Shown in pieces: positions 1-12,440 of a stretch of DNA of 64,000 bases. The DNA lies in the NCBI GenBank assembly GCA_030390025.1, contig JASTWF010000351.1:62001-126000 (forward strand). The letters run 5' to 3'. A program made the translations under genes and the position numbers. Position 1 is the stretch's first letter, and every line of letters begins with the position of its first letter. This stretch comes from Squalus acanthias (taxonomy: Eukaryota). The notes under the pieces are model-generated. The model was not told where the DNA came from and ran no database searches. It saw only the letters and a list, made by a program, of their open reading frames with translations.

Positions 1-12
1 ATAATTTAATAG

Positions 13-133
13 TTTATATACTGTGTAATAGATTCCCTCATTGTACCTTTACCTGAAGAAGGGAAAACAGCTCCGAAAGCTCGTAATTTTAAATAAAACT
101 GTTGGACTATAACCTGGTGTTGTGCGACTTCTC
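13..133 (+). mobile_element. Penelope-like element terminal (pLTR) fragment with degenerate minimal hammerhead motif
   Basis: TTAC-CTGAAGA(53-59)...CTCC-GAAA(75-78)-GCTC-GTAA, then AATAAA. The 3' end matches that of 57029-57355. Flanked by the duplicated ATAATTTAATAG (1-12, 134-145). Confidence 0.7.
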
Positions 134-145
134 ATAATTTAATAG

Positions 146-3100
146 GACACCTGGGCAGGGCTGGGACCGCTGTCCTAGGGGGAGTGTTTGCTAGTGCTGT
201 TGGGGAGGATTTAAACTAATGTGGCAGGGGGTTGGGAACCTGAGCAGGGAGACAGAGGAAAGCATGTCAGGAAGGGACAGAAGGTATGGAGTAAAAGGTA
301 AAGTGTTAAATAAGAAAAAAGCAGGAAGTAAGTGTCGCAAAACACATTTGAAAGTTCTTTATCTGAATGCACGTAGCATTCGTAACAAAATTGACGAGTT
401 AACGGCACAAATAACTATGTATGGGTATGATCTTGTGGCCATTACAGAAACATGGCTGCAGGGTGACAACGTCTGGGAATTAAACATGACAGGGTATTTA
501 ACAATCAGGAAGGACAGGCAGGAAGGAAGGGGAGGGGTGGCTATGTTAATAAAGGAAGGAATCACTGTAATACAGAGAAATGATATTGGGTCAAAAGATC
601 AGGATAATGAAACAGTTTGGGTAGAGATAAGGAATAATAAGGGGAAAAAAACACTGGTGGGCGTAGTATATAGGCCTCCTAATAGTTGCAACTCTGTTGG
701 AAGAAGTATTAATCAGGAAATAGTTGGGGCATGTAATAAGGGAACAGCTATAATTATGGGGGATTTTAACTATCATATTAACTGGACAAATCAAATTGGG
801 CAGGGCAGCCTTGAGGAAGAGTTTATTGAGTGTCTTAGGGATGGATTTCTTGAGCAGTATGTAACTGATCCTACAAGGGGGCAAGCAACCTTAGACCTGG
901 TACTGTGTAATGAGTCTGGATTAATTAATAATGTCCTAGTTAAGGATCCCCTTGGAATGAGTGACCATAACATGGTTGAATTCCATATCCAATTAGAGGG
1001 TGAGAAGGTTGGTTCTCAAACAAGCATACTGAGCTTGAATAAAGGAGACTATGATGGCATGAGAGCAGAATTGATTAAAGTGGACTGGGAAAATAGATTA
1101 AAGGGTAAGATGGTACATGAGCAGTGGTGTTCATTCAAGGAGTTATTTTGCAACTTTCAAAATAAATATATTCCACTGAGGAAAAAAGGGTGTAAAAGAA
1201 ATGACAGCCATCCATGGCTAAGTAAAGAAATTAAAGAAAGTATCCAACTAAAAACAAGGACATATAAGGTAGCCAAAGTTAGTGGGAGGATAGAAGATTG
1301 GAAAGTCTTCAAAAGACAACAAAAAGTAACTAAAGGATTGATTAAGAAAGGGAAAACAGACTATGAAAATAAATTAGCAAAAATATAAAAACAGATAGCA
1401 AGAGTTTCTATAGTTATATAAAAAGAAAAAGGGTGGTTAAGGCAAACGTAGGTCCCTTAGAGGATGAGACCGGGAAATTAATGGTGGGAAACATGGAGAT
1501 GGCAAAAATGCTGAACAAATATTTTGTTTCAGTCTTTACGGTAGAGGACACTAAGAATATCCCAACACTGGACAAACAGGGGGCTCTAGTGGGGGAGGAG
1601 CTAAATACGATTAAAATCACTAAGGAATTGGTACTCAGTAAAATAATGGGACTCAAGGCGGATAAATCCCCTGGACCTGATGGCTTACATCCTAGGGTCT
1701 TGAGGGAAGTGGCAGTAGGAATTGTGGATGCTTTGGTAATAATTTTCCAAAACTCCCTGAACTCAGCAAAGGTCCCGGCAGATTGGAAAACTGCTAATGT
1801 AACACCCTTATTTAAAAAGGGTTGTAGGCAGAAGGCTGGAAATTATAGACCAGTTAGCCTAACATCTGTGGTGGGTAAAATTTTGGAGTCTATTATTAAG
1901 GAGACAGTAACGGAACATTTAGATAAACATAATTTAATAGGACAAAGTCAGCATGGCTTTATGAAGGGGAAGTCATGTCTGACAAATTTGCTCGAGTTCT
2001 TTGAGGACATAACGTACAGGGTGGATAAAGGGGAACCAGTGGATGTAGTGTATTTAGACTTCCAGAAGGCATTCGACAAGGTGCCACATAAAAGATTATT
2101 ACTCAAGATAAAAAATCACTGGATTGGGGGTAATATTCTGGCATGGGTGGAGGATTGGTTATCTAACAGGAAGCAGAGAGTTGGGATAAATGGTTCATTC
2201 TCGGACTGGCAACCAGTAGCCAGTGGTGTTCCGCAGGGGTCGGTGCTGGGTCCCCAACTCTTTACAATCTATATTAACGATTTGGAGGAGGGGACCGAGT
2301 GTAACATATCAAAGTTTGCAGATGATACAAAGATGGGAGGGAAAGTAGAGAGTGAGGAGGACATAAAAAACCTACAAGGGGATATAGACAGGCTGGGTGA
2401 GTGGGCAGAGATTTGGCAGATGCAATACAATATTGGAAAATTTGAGGTTATGCACTTTGGCAGGAAAAATCAGAGAGCAAGTTATTATCTTAATGGCGAG
2501 AAACTGGAAAGTACTGTAGTACAAAGGGATCTGGGGGTCTTGGTGCAAGAAAATCAAAAAGTTAGTATGCAGGTGCAGCAGGTGATCAAGAAAGCCAATG
2601 GAATGTTGGCTTTTATTGCTAGGGGGATAGAATATAAAAACAGGGAGGTATTGCTGCAGTTGTATAGGGTATTGGTGAGACCTGCACCTGGAGTACTGCA
2701 TACAGTTTTGGTGTCCATACTTAAGAAGACATACTTGCTCTCGAGGCAGTACAAAGAAGGTTCACTCGGTTAATTCCGGGGATGAGGGGGTGGACATACG
2801 AGGAGAGGTTGAGTAGATTGGGACTCTACTCATTGGAGTTCAGAAGAATGAGAGGCGATCTTATTGAAACATATAAGATTGTGAAGGGGCTTGATCGGGT
2901 GGACGCGGTGAGGATGTTCCTAATGATGGGTGAAACTAGAACTAGGGGACATAATCTTAGAATAAAGGGGCTGCTCTTTCAAAACTGAGATGAGGAGAAA
3001 CTTTTTCACTCAGGGTAGTGGGGCTGTGGAATTTGCTACCCCAGGAAGCTGTGGAAGCTACTTCATTAAATAAATTTAAAACAGAAATAGACCGTTTCCT

Positions 3101-3238
3101 AGAAGTAAAGGGAATCAGGGGTTACGGGGAGCGGGCTGGAAATTGGACATGAGTTTGAGTTCGGATCGGTCAAGGCCCTGTGGGTGGCGGAGCGGGCCCA
3201 GGGGCCGAGTGGCCTGATCCTGCTCCTATTTCTTATGT
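146..3238 (+). mobile_element. CR1-clade LINE: ORF1 C-terminus, frameshifted ORF2 (APE + RT) and 3' UTR
   Basis: ORF1 end ...VLGGVFASAVGEDLN* at 218. ORF 219-1388 has YLNARS, ITETW, GDFN and SDH endonuclease motifs. ORF 1433-2773 has PGPDG, YLDFQKAFD, GVPQGSVLGP and FADD. Frameshifts near 1385, 2685 and 2970. Confidence 0.93.
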
Positions 3239-4535
3239 AAAGTCAGCATGGTTTTATGAAGGGGAAGTCATGTTTGACAAATTTGCTGGAGTTCTTTGAG
3301 GAAGTAACATACAGAGTGGATAAAGGGGAGCCAGTGGATGTGGTGTATTTAGACTTCCAAAAGGCATTTGACAAGGTGCCACACAAAAGATTATTACTTA
3401 AGATAAAAAATCACGGGATTGGGGGTAATATTCTGGCATGGATAGAGGATTGGCTATCTAACAGAAGGCAGAGAGTTGGGATAAATGGTTCATTCTCAGA
3501 CTGGCAATCAGTAACTAGTGGTGTTCCGCAGGGGTCAGTGCTGGGTCCCCAACTCTTTACAATCTATATTAACGATTTGGAGGAGGGGACCGAGTGTAAC
3601 ATATCAAAGTTTGCAGATCATACAAAGATGGGAGGGAAAGTAGTGAGTGAGGAGGACATAAAAATCTGCAAGGGGACATAGACAGGCTAAGTAAGTGGGC
3701 AGAGATTTGGCAGATGGAATACAATACTGGAAAGTGTGAGGTTATGCACTTTGGCAGGAAAAATAGTAGAGCAAGTTATTATCTTCATGGCAAGAAACTG
3801 GAAAGTACTGAAGTACAAAGGGATCTGGGGGTCCTGGTGCACGAAACTCAAAAGGTTAGTATGCAGGTGCAGCAAGTGATTAAGAAGGCCAATGGAATGT
3901 TGGCTTTCATTGCTAGGGGGATAGAATATAAAAATAGGGAGGTATTGCTTCAGTTGTACAAGGTATTGGTGAGACCGCACCTGGAATACTGCATACAGTT
4001 TTGGTGTCCATACTTAAGAAAAGACATACTTGCTCTCGAGTCAGTACAAAGAAGGTTCACTCGGTTAATCCCGGGGATGAGGGGATGGACATATGAGGAG
4101 AGGTTGGGTAGATTGGGAGTCTACTCATTGGAGTTCAGAAGAATGAGAGGCGATCTTATTGAAACATATAAGATTGTGAAGGGGTTGGATCGGGTGAATG
4201 CGGGGAGGATGTTCCCGATGATGGGTGAAACTAGAACTAGGGGGCATAGTCTAAGAATAAGGGGCTGCTCTTTCAAAACTGAGATGAGAAGGAACTACTT
4301 CACTCAGAGGGTGGTAGATCCATGGAATATGCTGCCCCAAAAAGCTGTAGAAGCTACATCATTACATAAATTTAAAACAGAAATAGACAGTTTCCTAGAA
4401 GTAAAGGGAATTAAGGGTTACGGGGAGCGGGCAGGAATTTGGACATGAGTCTAGGTTCGGATCGGTCATGGCCCTGTGGGGAGCGTAGTGGGCCCAGGGG
4501 CCGTGTAGCCTGATCCTGCTCCTATTTCGTGTGTC
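3239..4535 (+). mobile_element. CR1 LINE copy (RT to 3' end) of the same subfamily, directly abutting the previous copy
   Basis: Starts at the equivalent of position ~1944 of the upstream copy. ORFs 3256-3681 and 3714-4448. FADD is mutated to FADH. Same distinctive 3' UTR. Confidence 0.92.
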
Positions 4536-4584
4536 CAATTCTGTTAGGTTCAGGAGATGGTTCTGTGATAGTAGATTGGCGGTT

Positions 4585-4670
4585 AGGATCAGATCAGCCA
4601 TGATCTTATTGAATGGCGGAGCAGGCTCGAGGGGCCAATTGGCCTACTCCTGCTCCTATTTTTTTGTTCT
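4585..4670 (+). mobile_element. CR1-type 3' tail remnant
   Basis: gatcagccatgatcttattgaatggcggagcaggctcgaggggcc...tactcctgctcct, as in the other CR1 and SINE tails in this window. Confidence 0.75.
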
Positions 4671-4671
4671 T

Positions 4672-4960
4672 ATCATAACCTCCCTGCTCTTATATTCTAT
4701 GCCTCGGCTAATGAAGGCAAGTATCCCATATGCCTTTTTAACCACCTTATCTACCTGTCCTGCTGCCTTCAGGGATCTATGTACAGGCAAACCAAGGTCC
4801 CTCTGATCCTCTGTCCTTCCTAGGGTCCTACCATTCATTGTGTATTCCCATGCCTTGTTAGTCCTCCCAAAATGCATCACCTCACACTTTTCAGGGTTAA
4901 ATTCCATTTGCCACTGTTCTGCCCATCTGTCCAACCCATCTATATCGTCTTGTAGCCTAT
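4672..4960 (-). mobile_element. CR1 RT fragment
   Basis: LQDDIDGLDRWAEQWQMEFNPEKCEVMHFG...KAYGILAFISRGIEYK in the C-terminal half of ORF 4656-5123. Confidence 0.85.
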
Positions 4961-4962
4961 AG

Positions 4963-6430
4963 TCATGAGGGGAGATCGGAGAAAAACTGGAGAAAGATGT
5001 GAATTCAGGGCTAGGGCAGGGGGGAACCTGAGAGGAAGTTTGGCCCAGTGGGCTAGGGTAAGGAAGGGAAGTGGCAGAGGCAGCTGAACGGATGGTCTCA
5101 ATCTTGGAGACAAAGAAGTCCATGAGCTCCTCACACTTGTTATCGAAGGTGTGGGTGGAGGAGACAGGAGAGAGGGGTTTAAGAAGACGGTTATCAGTAG
5201 AGAATAGAAACCGGGGTTTATCTTTACATTCCAGAATGATTCTGGAATAGTGAGCAATTTTGGCAGACGAGAGCAGGGCCCGATATTGCTTTATGTGGTC
5301 CAGCTAGATCTGGCGGTCAATAGCTAAACCAGTTGTCCGCCATATCCGTTCAAGTCTGCGTCCCTTGGACTTAAGGGAGCGAAGATGAGGGCCGTACCAG
5401 GGGGAACGGCCAAGGTGAGAGAGGGTCATTGTTTTAGTAGGGGCTAGGGCATCAAAGGTGGTGGTGAGGGTGTGGTTGAGCAGATCGGTAGCTGCAGAAA
5501 TGTCGTGGTGAATGGAGGGCCAGAGGCTGGAAAGTTGGGATTTCATAAGTGCAGATGTAAGAGAATTGGGAGAGAGTTTTTTCCAGTGCGGACACAGAAG
5601 GAAGTAGGGTCGGGGGGTGGTGGAAGGGGGATGTGGGTGGAGAGCAACACGAGGAAATGGTCAGAGATGGCCTTATCTGCAATTGACACGATGGGAGTAG
5701 CGAGGTCCGAGAGATGGCAAGGTTGAGGGGGTGGCCGTGAATATGGGTTGGGGAGTTTACATGGAGGGAGGGATTAAGGGAGGATAGGAGGCTAGTGAAC
5801 TCAGGAGAGAGAGCATGATGAACTGAGATAGAGGTTCAAATCACCGAGGATGAGAAGTCGTTCGGTGCAGAGGCTGAGGGAGGAGAACAGTGAAGATATC
5901 TCAGTAATAACATTTTTATGGTGCTTGGGTGGGCGGCAGAGAACAAGAATTTTAAATGAGAGGTGAGCGGGCTGGAATAAGGTGAGATGCTCAAAGGAGA
6001 CACTGCCGGAGGAATAGGGGGACAGACCAAGGTGTGATTTGGTGATGAGAGCCATACCGCCACCACGCCGGTCTGAGCGGGGCAAGTGGTGGAAGGTATA
6101 GCCAGGCGAGGAGGCTTCATTTAAGGGTAAGGTGCCATCACCCCTCAACCAAGTTTCCATCAGGGCCATGATATCGATGCAGTCATCCACGATAAGCTCC
6201 TGGATGGCAAGGACCTTGTTCGCAAGTGTACGGACATTCTGTAGGGAGATGCAGAGAGGGTCGGTGATGGCTGCCCCACTGCCACCGTCCACAGGGTCAG
6301 CCTTGGGGGGGATGACTTGGATGGGGAGGAGATTGGGAAGATTTGCCCCCAGTGGGCGCGCTGGGCTGGAAGGTCGGCGAGAGAGTAGGATGGGACGGTT
6401 GGGGTTGCTGCTCGGAAGGCGGCAGCGGAA
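4963..6430 (-). mobile_element. L2-clade LINE, 5' part of ORF2 (endonuclease), decayed
   Basis: LQNVRTL, METWL, RRGGGMA, LILGDLN and SPWY motifs. Colinear with 53826-55290. Confidence 0.85.
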
Positions 6431-6510
6431 CAGAAGTAAAAGAAAGACTTGCATTTCTATAGCGCCTTTCACAACCACCGGATGTCCCCGCCCACTCACT
6501 TCTCCTGTAC

Positions 6511-6770
6511 CAAGATGGCCGCACATGCACCGCAATCCTCCCTGACCAAGATGGCGGACAGTGGCCCCGCTCACTGGGCCTGTCACGGCGGGTCAAACAC
6601 GGGGCCTGTGGGCTCTTGCTCGGGTCCTGAGGCCTACCCCAGGTGTTGATGGAGCTTCCCTGCCCACCCACGGGTCCAATTCCTCCCCCGTGCCCACAAT
6701 CTCCTCCCACCTCCCGAGCTGCCTGTTCCTCCTCAGTCCGTCTCCACCACTCGTACTGCGCATGCTCAGA
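6511..6770. promoter_or_regulatory. YY1/NRF1-like motif cluster
   Basis: CAAGATGGCCGC (6511), CAAGATGGCGG (6547) and TGCGCATGCT (6757) in GC-rich non-repeat DNA. Confidence 0.4.
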
Positions 6771-6934
6771 GCAGTGGACCAAAATGGAAAACTTCGCAAT
6801 TTTCAGTGTTAAATTTCATCTCCCACGAGTCCGCCCATTTCACCAGCCTGTCTATGTCTTCCTGAAGTCTATCACTGTCCTCCTCACTGTTCACTAAACT
6901 TCCAAATATCGTGACAACTGCACGGGGCTTCTTA

Positions 6935-7702
6935 ACATGGGACTGTACATGGGGATTCCAACCCTGGGACTGTACATGGGGATTCCAACACTGGGACTGT
7001 ACATGGGGATTCCAACCCTGGGACTGTACATGGGGATACCAACCCTGGGACTGTACATGGGGATACCAACCCTGAGACTGTACATGGGGATTCTAACCCT
7101 GAGACTGTACATGGGGATTCCAACCCTGGGACTGTACATGGCGATTCCATCCCGGTGGCTGTACACGGGGAATCCAACCCTGGGACTGTACATGGGGAAT
7201 CCAACCCTGGGACTGTACATGGGGCTTCTTACCCTGGGACTGTACATGGGGCTTCTTACCCTGGGACTGTACATGGGGATTCCAACCCTGGGACTGTATA
7301 TGGCGATTCCATCCCTGGGGCTGTACACGGGGAATCTAACCCTGAGACTGTACATGGGGATTCTAGCCCTGGGACTGTACATGGGGATTCTAGCCCTGGG
7401 ACTGTACATGGGGATTCTAGCCCTGGGACTGTACATGGGGATTCTAACTCTGGGACTGTACATGGGGATTCCAGCCCTGGGACTGTACATGGGGATTCTA
7501 ACCCTGGGACTGTACATGGGGATTCTAACCCTGGGACTGTACATGGGGATTCTAACCCTGGGACTGTACATGGGGATTCCAACCCTGGGACTGTACATGG
7601 GGATGCCAACCCTGGGACTGTACATGGGGATTCCAGCCCTAGGACTGTACATGGGGATTCCAGCCCTGGGACTGTACATGGGGATTCTAGCCCATGGACT
7701 GT
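6935..7702. repeat. 27-bp minisatellite, ~28 copies
   Basis: Unit CTGGGACTGTACATGGGGATTCCAACC. The 9-aa periodicity appears in all overlapping ORFs. Confidence 0.97.
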
Positions 7703-7718
7703 TTTCTTTTGTTATTTA

Positions 7719-7845
7719 AGTTCTACACTCACTGGTTCTCCTCCCCTGAAGGTGCTGACTCTGGCTGGGTTCAGTTCTACACTCACGGGTTCCCCTCTCC
7801 TCCCCTGAAGGTGCTGACTCTGGCTGGGTTCAGTTCTGCACTGAC
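7719..7845. repeat. Short tandem duplication (~55-60 bp, ~2.2 copies)
   Basis: AGTTCTACACTCAC...CTCCTCCCCTGAAGGTGCTGACTCTGGCTGGGTTC is repeated. Confidence 0.85.
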
Positions 7846-7859
7846 TCTGAAGCCTCGCC

Positions 7860-8240
7860 CACGAAAGGCTACTTTACAAAGATGGCCGCGCATGCGCGCT
7901 ACCGCTCGCTGATTCAAGTTTACGACACACAAACCCTCAGCTTTCCTTTACAAAGCTGGCCGCCGTTAACCTGGGCCTTTTACCAGGAAAAAGCCTCCGA
8001 GCTGCAAACGCGGAACCTGTAGGTTCTCATTCGGGGCTTGCGGCCTACACGAGGTGTTTATGAAGCCCACCCGCCGGGTGCGTTACCTTCCTGCGCGCCG
8101 CTGATTCGTAATCGGCGCAAAAACCGCTTCTCCACGCATTTATCCGCTCCCACCACTCGCCTGGTTCGGATCACAGTGGCACTGCGCATGCTCCAAATAC
8201 GGCGGTCACTGCGCCTGCGCACTGGGCTCCTCCTGTGTGA
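7860..8240 (-). promoter_or_regulatory. CpG-rich promoter-like / first-exon-like region
   Basis: High CpG content. NRF1-like GCGCATGCGC (7888-7897), TGCGCATGCT (~8183) and GCGCCTGCGC (8211-8220). YY1-like AAGATGGCCGC (7879). Possible minus-strand donor CTG|GTAAAG near 7983. Confidence 0.5.
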
Positions 8241-8439
8241 CTAGGGCACCTTCTCCGCCGCGGGGCATGCTGGGGAACAGCCCCGCCATTGAAAGACCCA
8301 ATTAGTGAATCGAATATGAGTTTCTGTGATCCCATTGAGAGAAAATTCAACAATAATTCACACAGAAACCCAAGTGCACGGACACTCTGCCATGGTTCAG
8401 TCCTGGATGTGATTAATAACAGAATCCAAACCCCTGCAG

Positions 8440-9127
8440 TCACATGTGAACTCACTGGAGTCTCAGCAGGTGGGGTGAATTTCTTCCCACACACAGGATA
8501 TTGAAACAGCCTCTCTCCAATATCAGTGCGCTGATCGTGCATCAGCTGCTTTGAACTTTGAAAGCTTTTCTCACAGTCAGAGTATTGAAAGCAACTGCTC
8601 TCAATGTGGACACTCAGGAGTGTCAACAGTTGGGACAACGGAGTGAATCCCTTCCCACACGTGAAGTATCTAAACGGCCTCTCTCCGGTGTGACTGTGCT
8701 GGTGTGTCAGTAAATGGGATGATTGATTGAATCCCTTTCCACATACAGAGCAGTGACGCATTGTCCCATTACGAACATGTTAGTGTGGTAATCTCTTTCC
8801 ACACTCACCTGGTGAGCAGCCTCTCCCTGGTGTGACTGTTTCGATGAGTTTGCACCTCAGACGGGCAACTGAGTCCGTTTCCACATTCCCCACATTTACA
8901 CTGTTGATTCAGGTGGGTGCACCAGTCTCACAATCTGGACGATTTGTTAAAGGTGGGTCCACACACATAAAACGTGTGCTGCTTCTCCCCGCTGCGATTG
9001 GTGTTTTTTTCCCTTCCATATCCAAAGGCCGATGATATTCAGCTCCTGATGAATCCAGTGAATCTGTCAGATCTTGAAGCGATGCTTGGTTTGAATTTCC
9101 ATCTGCAGATCCTCACCTTCTAATACC
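8440..9127 (-). pseudogene. Degenerate C2H2 zinc-finger exon
   Basis: CSVCGKGFNQSSHLLTHQHSHTGERPF is followed by fingers that have lost Cys/His ligands. More broken fingers lie at 8780-9020. Possible acceptor TTTGCAG ending at 9128 (minus strand). Confidence 0.8.
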
Positions 9128-9337
9128 CTGCAAATGGTGTTTACAACAGGATGGAGATTCGAAACACACAAATCTAGTTTCTACAGATATTTTTCCACTC
9201 CTGTCCCTCCTGAACTATAAATTCTCCATTCTACAAACTCTCCCTCCATCCTTACTGTCTAAAAACAACATTCATGACACCATCTGGGATTTTGTTTCTC
9301 CCCTTGTCTTCAGAAGGAACTGAATCTGGCTGAGTGC

Positions 9338-10472
9338 AACAACAACTTGTATTTATATAGCGCCTTTAATATAGTAAAACGTCCCAAGGTGCTGCACAGG
9401 AGTATTACAAGACAAAAATTTGACACCGAGCCACATAAAGAGAAATTAGGGCAGATGACCAAAAGATTGGTCAAAGAGGTAAGTTTTAAGATGCATCTTA
9501 AAGGAGAGGTGGAGAGGTTTAGGCAGGGAATTCCAGAGCTTAGGGCCGAGGCAACAGAAGGCACGGCCACCAATGGTTGAGCGATTATACACAGGGATGC
9601 TCAAGAGGGCAGAATTAGAGGAACGCAGATATCTCAGGGGGTTGCAGGGCTGGAGGAGATTACAGAGATAGGGAGGGGCGAGGCCCTGGAGGGATTTGAA
9701 AACAAGGATGAGAATTTTGAAATCGAGGCGCTGCTTAACTGGGAGCCAATGCAGGTCAGCGAGCACAGGGGTGATGGGCGAACGGGACTTGGTGCGAGTT
9801 AGGACATGGGCAGCCGAGTGTTGGATGACCTTAAGTTTACGTAGGGTGGAATGTGGGAGGCCAGCCAGGAGTGCATTGGAATAGTCAAGTCTAGAGGTAA
9901 CAAAAGCATGGATGAGGGTTTCAGCAGTGGATGAGCTGAGGCAAGGGCGGAGACGGGCGATGTTATGGAGGTGGAAATAGGCGTTCTTAGTTATGCTGTG
10001 GATATGTGGTCGCAAGCTCATTTCAGGGTCAAGTATGACACCAAGGTTGTGAACAGTGTGGTTCAGCCTCAGACAGATGTCAGGGAGAGGGATGGAGTCA
10101 GTGGCTAGGGACCAAAAACAATGGCTTTGGTGTTCCCAATATTTAATTGGAGAAAATTTCTGCTCATCCAGAACTCTATGTCGGACAAGCAGTCTGACAT
10201 TTTAGAGACCGTGGAGGGGCCGAGAAAAGAGGTAGTGAGGAAGAGCTGGGAGTCATCAGCGTACATGTGGAAACTGATGCTGTGTTTTTGGATGATGTCG
10301 CCAAGGGGCAAAATGTAGATGAGAAATAGGAGGGGGCAAGGATAGATCCTTGGGGGACACCAGAGGTAACGATGCGGGAGTGGGAAGAGAAGCCGTTGCA
10401 GGTGATTCTCTGGCTACGATTAGATAGATAAGAATGGAACCAGGTGAGTGCAGTCCACCCAGCTGGACGACG
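9338..10472 (-). mobile_element. L2-clade LINE, RT to 3' end
   Basis: GVPQGSIL, HMYADDSQL, HAFVTSRLDYSN and LHWLPV motifs. 3' tail ggcgctatataaatacaag(ttg)n. Confidence 0.9.
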
Positions 10473-10479
10473 ATGCAAT

Positions 10480-11895
10480 TAGTTCACCTCTACATTTTGG
10501 TAGGGAGAATGAGGAGAGGCAACATAAACTAAAAGGTACAATTCTAAAGTGGGTGCCTGAACAGAGAGACCTGGGATTTATGTGCACAAATCATTGAAGC
10601 TGGCAGGGCGGGTTGAGAAAGCGGTTAAAAAAGCATACGGGATCCTGGGCTTCATAAATAGAGGCATAGAGTACAAAAGCAAGGAAGTTATGATGAACCT
10701 TTAGAAAACACTGGTTCGGCCTTAACTGGAGGACTGTGTCCAATTCTGGGCACTGCAGTTTAGGAAGGATGTGAAGGCCTGAGAGAGGGTGCAGACAATA
10801 TTTACAAGAATGGTTCCAGGGATGAGGGACTTCAGTTACGTGGATAGACTGGAGAAGCTAGACTGCAGGAAGATACCAATGGACTGGTCAGGTGGAATGG
10901 AATTCAATCCGGAGAAGTGTGAGGTAATGTATTTGGAGAGGCCTAACAAGGCAAGGGAATACACAATAAATGGTAGGACACTGAGAAGTGCAGAGGATCA
11001 GAGGGACCTTGGAGTGCATGTCCACAGATCCCTGAAGGTAGCAGGACAGGTAGATAAGGTGGTTAAGAAGGCATACGGGATACTTGCCTTTATTAGCTGA
11101 GGCATAGAATATAAGAGTAGGGAGGTTGTGCTTGAACTGTATAAAACACTAGTTAGCCCACAGCTAGAACACTGCGTGCAGTTCTGGTCACCACATTACA
11201 GGAAGGATGTGATTGCACTAGAGGGGGTGCAGGGGAGATTTACGAGGATGTTGCCTGGGCTGGGGAATTTTAACCATGAGGAAAGATTGGACAGGCTGGG
11301 ATTGTTTTCTTTGGAACAGAGGAGGCTGAAGGGAGAAACATAGAAACATAGAAAATAGGTACAGGAGTAGACCATTCGGTCCTTCGAGCCTGCACCGCCA
11401 TTCAATGCGTTCATGGCTGAACATGCTACCTCAGTACCCCATTCCTGCTTTCTCGCCATACCCCTTGATCCCCTTAGTTGTGAGTGTTATATCTAACTCC
11501 CTTTTGAATATAGAAGGGAGACCTAATTGAGGTGTATAAAATTATGAGGGGCCGAGATAGAGTGGATAGGAAGGACCTATTTCCCTTAGCAGAAGGATCA
11601 ATAACCAGGGGACATAGATTTAAAGTAATTGGTCAGAGGTTTAGAGGGGATTTGAGGAGAATTTTTTTCACCCAGTGGGTGGTGGGGGTCTGGAACTCAC
11701 TGCCTGAAAGGATGGTAGAGGCAGAGACCCTCATCACATTTAAAAAGTACTTGGATATGCACCTGAAGTGCCATAACCTGCAAGGATACAGACCGAGTGC
11801 TGGAAAGTGGGATTGGGGGGGATAGCTCTTTGTCGGCTGGCACGGACAAGATGGGCCGAATGGCCTCCTTCTGTGCTGTAAATTTCTATCATTCT
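10480..11895 (+). mobile_element. Two fused, decayed CR1 3' fragments (junction ~10860)
   Basis: KAYGILAF, HCVQFWSPHYRKD and WNSLP motifs. 3' UTR ends ...ctgtgctgtaaatttctatcattcta. Confidence 0.85.
11337..11512 (-). mobile_element. Short 5'-truncated CR1 3' end inserted into a CR1, with 9-bp TSD
   Basis: (TTTCTATG)n-type tail on the minus strand. GAAGGGAGA is duplicated at 11328-11336 and 11513-11521. Confidence 0.85.
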
Positions 11896-11896
11896 A

Positions 11897-12240
11897 AGCT
11901 GGGATTGTTCTCCTTATAGCAGAGATGTGTGAGAGGAGATTTGATAGAGATTTACAGAATCATGAGGGGTCTAAACAGAGTAGAGAGAGAGAGAAAGTGT
12001 TCCCATTGACAGAAGGGTCGAGAACTAGAGGACACAGATACAAGGTGATTGGCAGAAGAACCAAAGGTGACATGGGGAAAAACTTTTTTACGCAGCGAGT
12101 GGTTAGGATCTGGAATGCACTGCCTGAAAGGGTGGTGGAGGCAGATTCAATTGTAGCTTTCAAAAGGCAATTGGATAAGGACCTGAAGGAGAAACAATGT
12201 CAGGGCTCTGGGGAAAGGGCGGGTGAGGGGGACTAGCTGT
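11897..12240 (+). mobile_element. CR1 ORF2 C-terminal fragment
   Basis: SRTRGHRYK...FFTQRVVRIWNALPERVV...GSGERAGEGD*. Confidence 0.85.
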
Positions 12241-12440
12241 GAGTCGGGCTCCGGGGGAAAGGGCGGGGGAGGGGGACTAGCTGTGAGTCGGGCTCCGGGG
12301 GAAAGGGCGGGGGAGGGGGACTAGCTGAGAGTCGGGCTCTGGGGAAAGGGTGGGGGGAGGGGGACTAGCTGAGAGTCAGGCTCTAGGGAAAGGGTGGGGG
12401 GAGGGGGACTAGCTGAGAGTCGGGCTCTGGGGAAAGGGCG
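12203..12440. repeat. 44-bp G-rich tandem repeat (~5.4 copies) derived from the CR1 ORF2 end
   Basis: Unit GGGCTCCGGGGGAAAGGGCGGGGGAGGGGGACTAGCTGTGAGTC. The first unit is continuous with the CR1 reading frame. Confidence 0.92.

Noticed and set aside
4656..5123. L2-CR1 fusion protein ORF (also 51366-51908 and 51787-52452)
   Set aside because: Chance read-through across insertion junctions.
6894..7808. Several 200-260 aa repetitive ORFs on both strands
   Set aside because: Translations of the 27-bp minisatellite.
4963..10472. Two L2 pieces as one split element
   Set aside because: On the minus strand the 5' piece lies left of the 3' piece, which is the wrong order, so they are separate copies.
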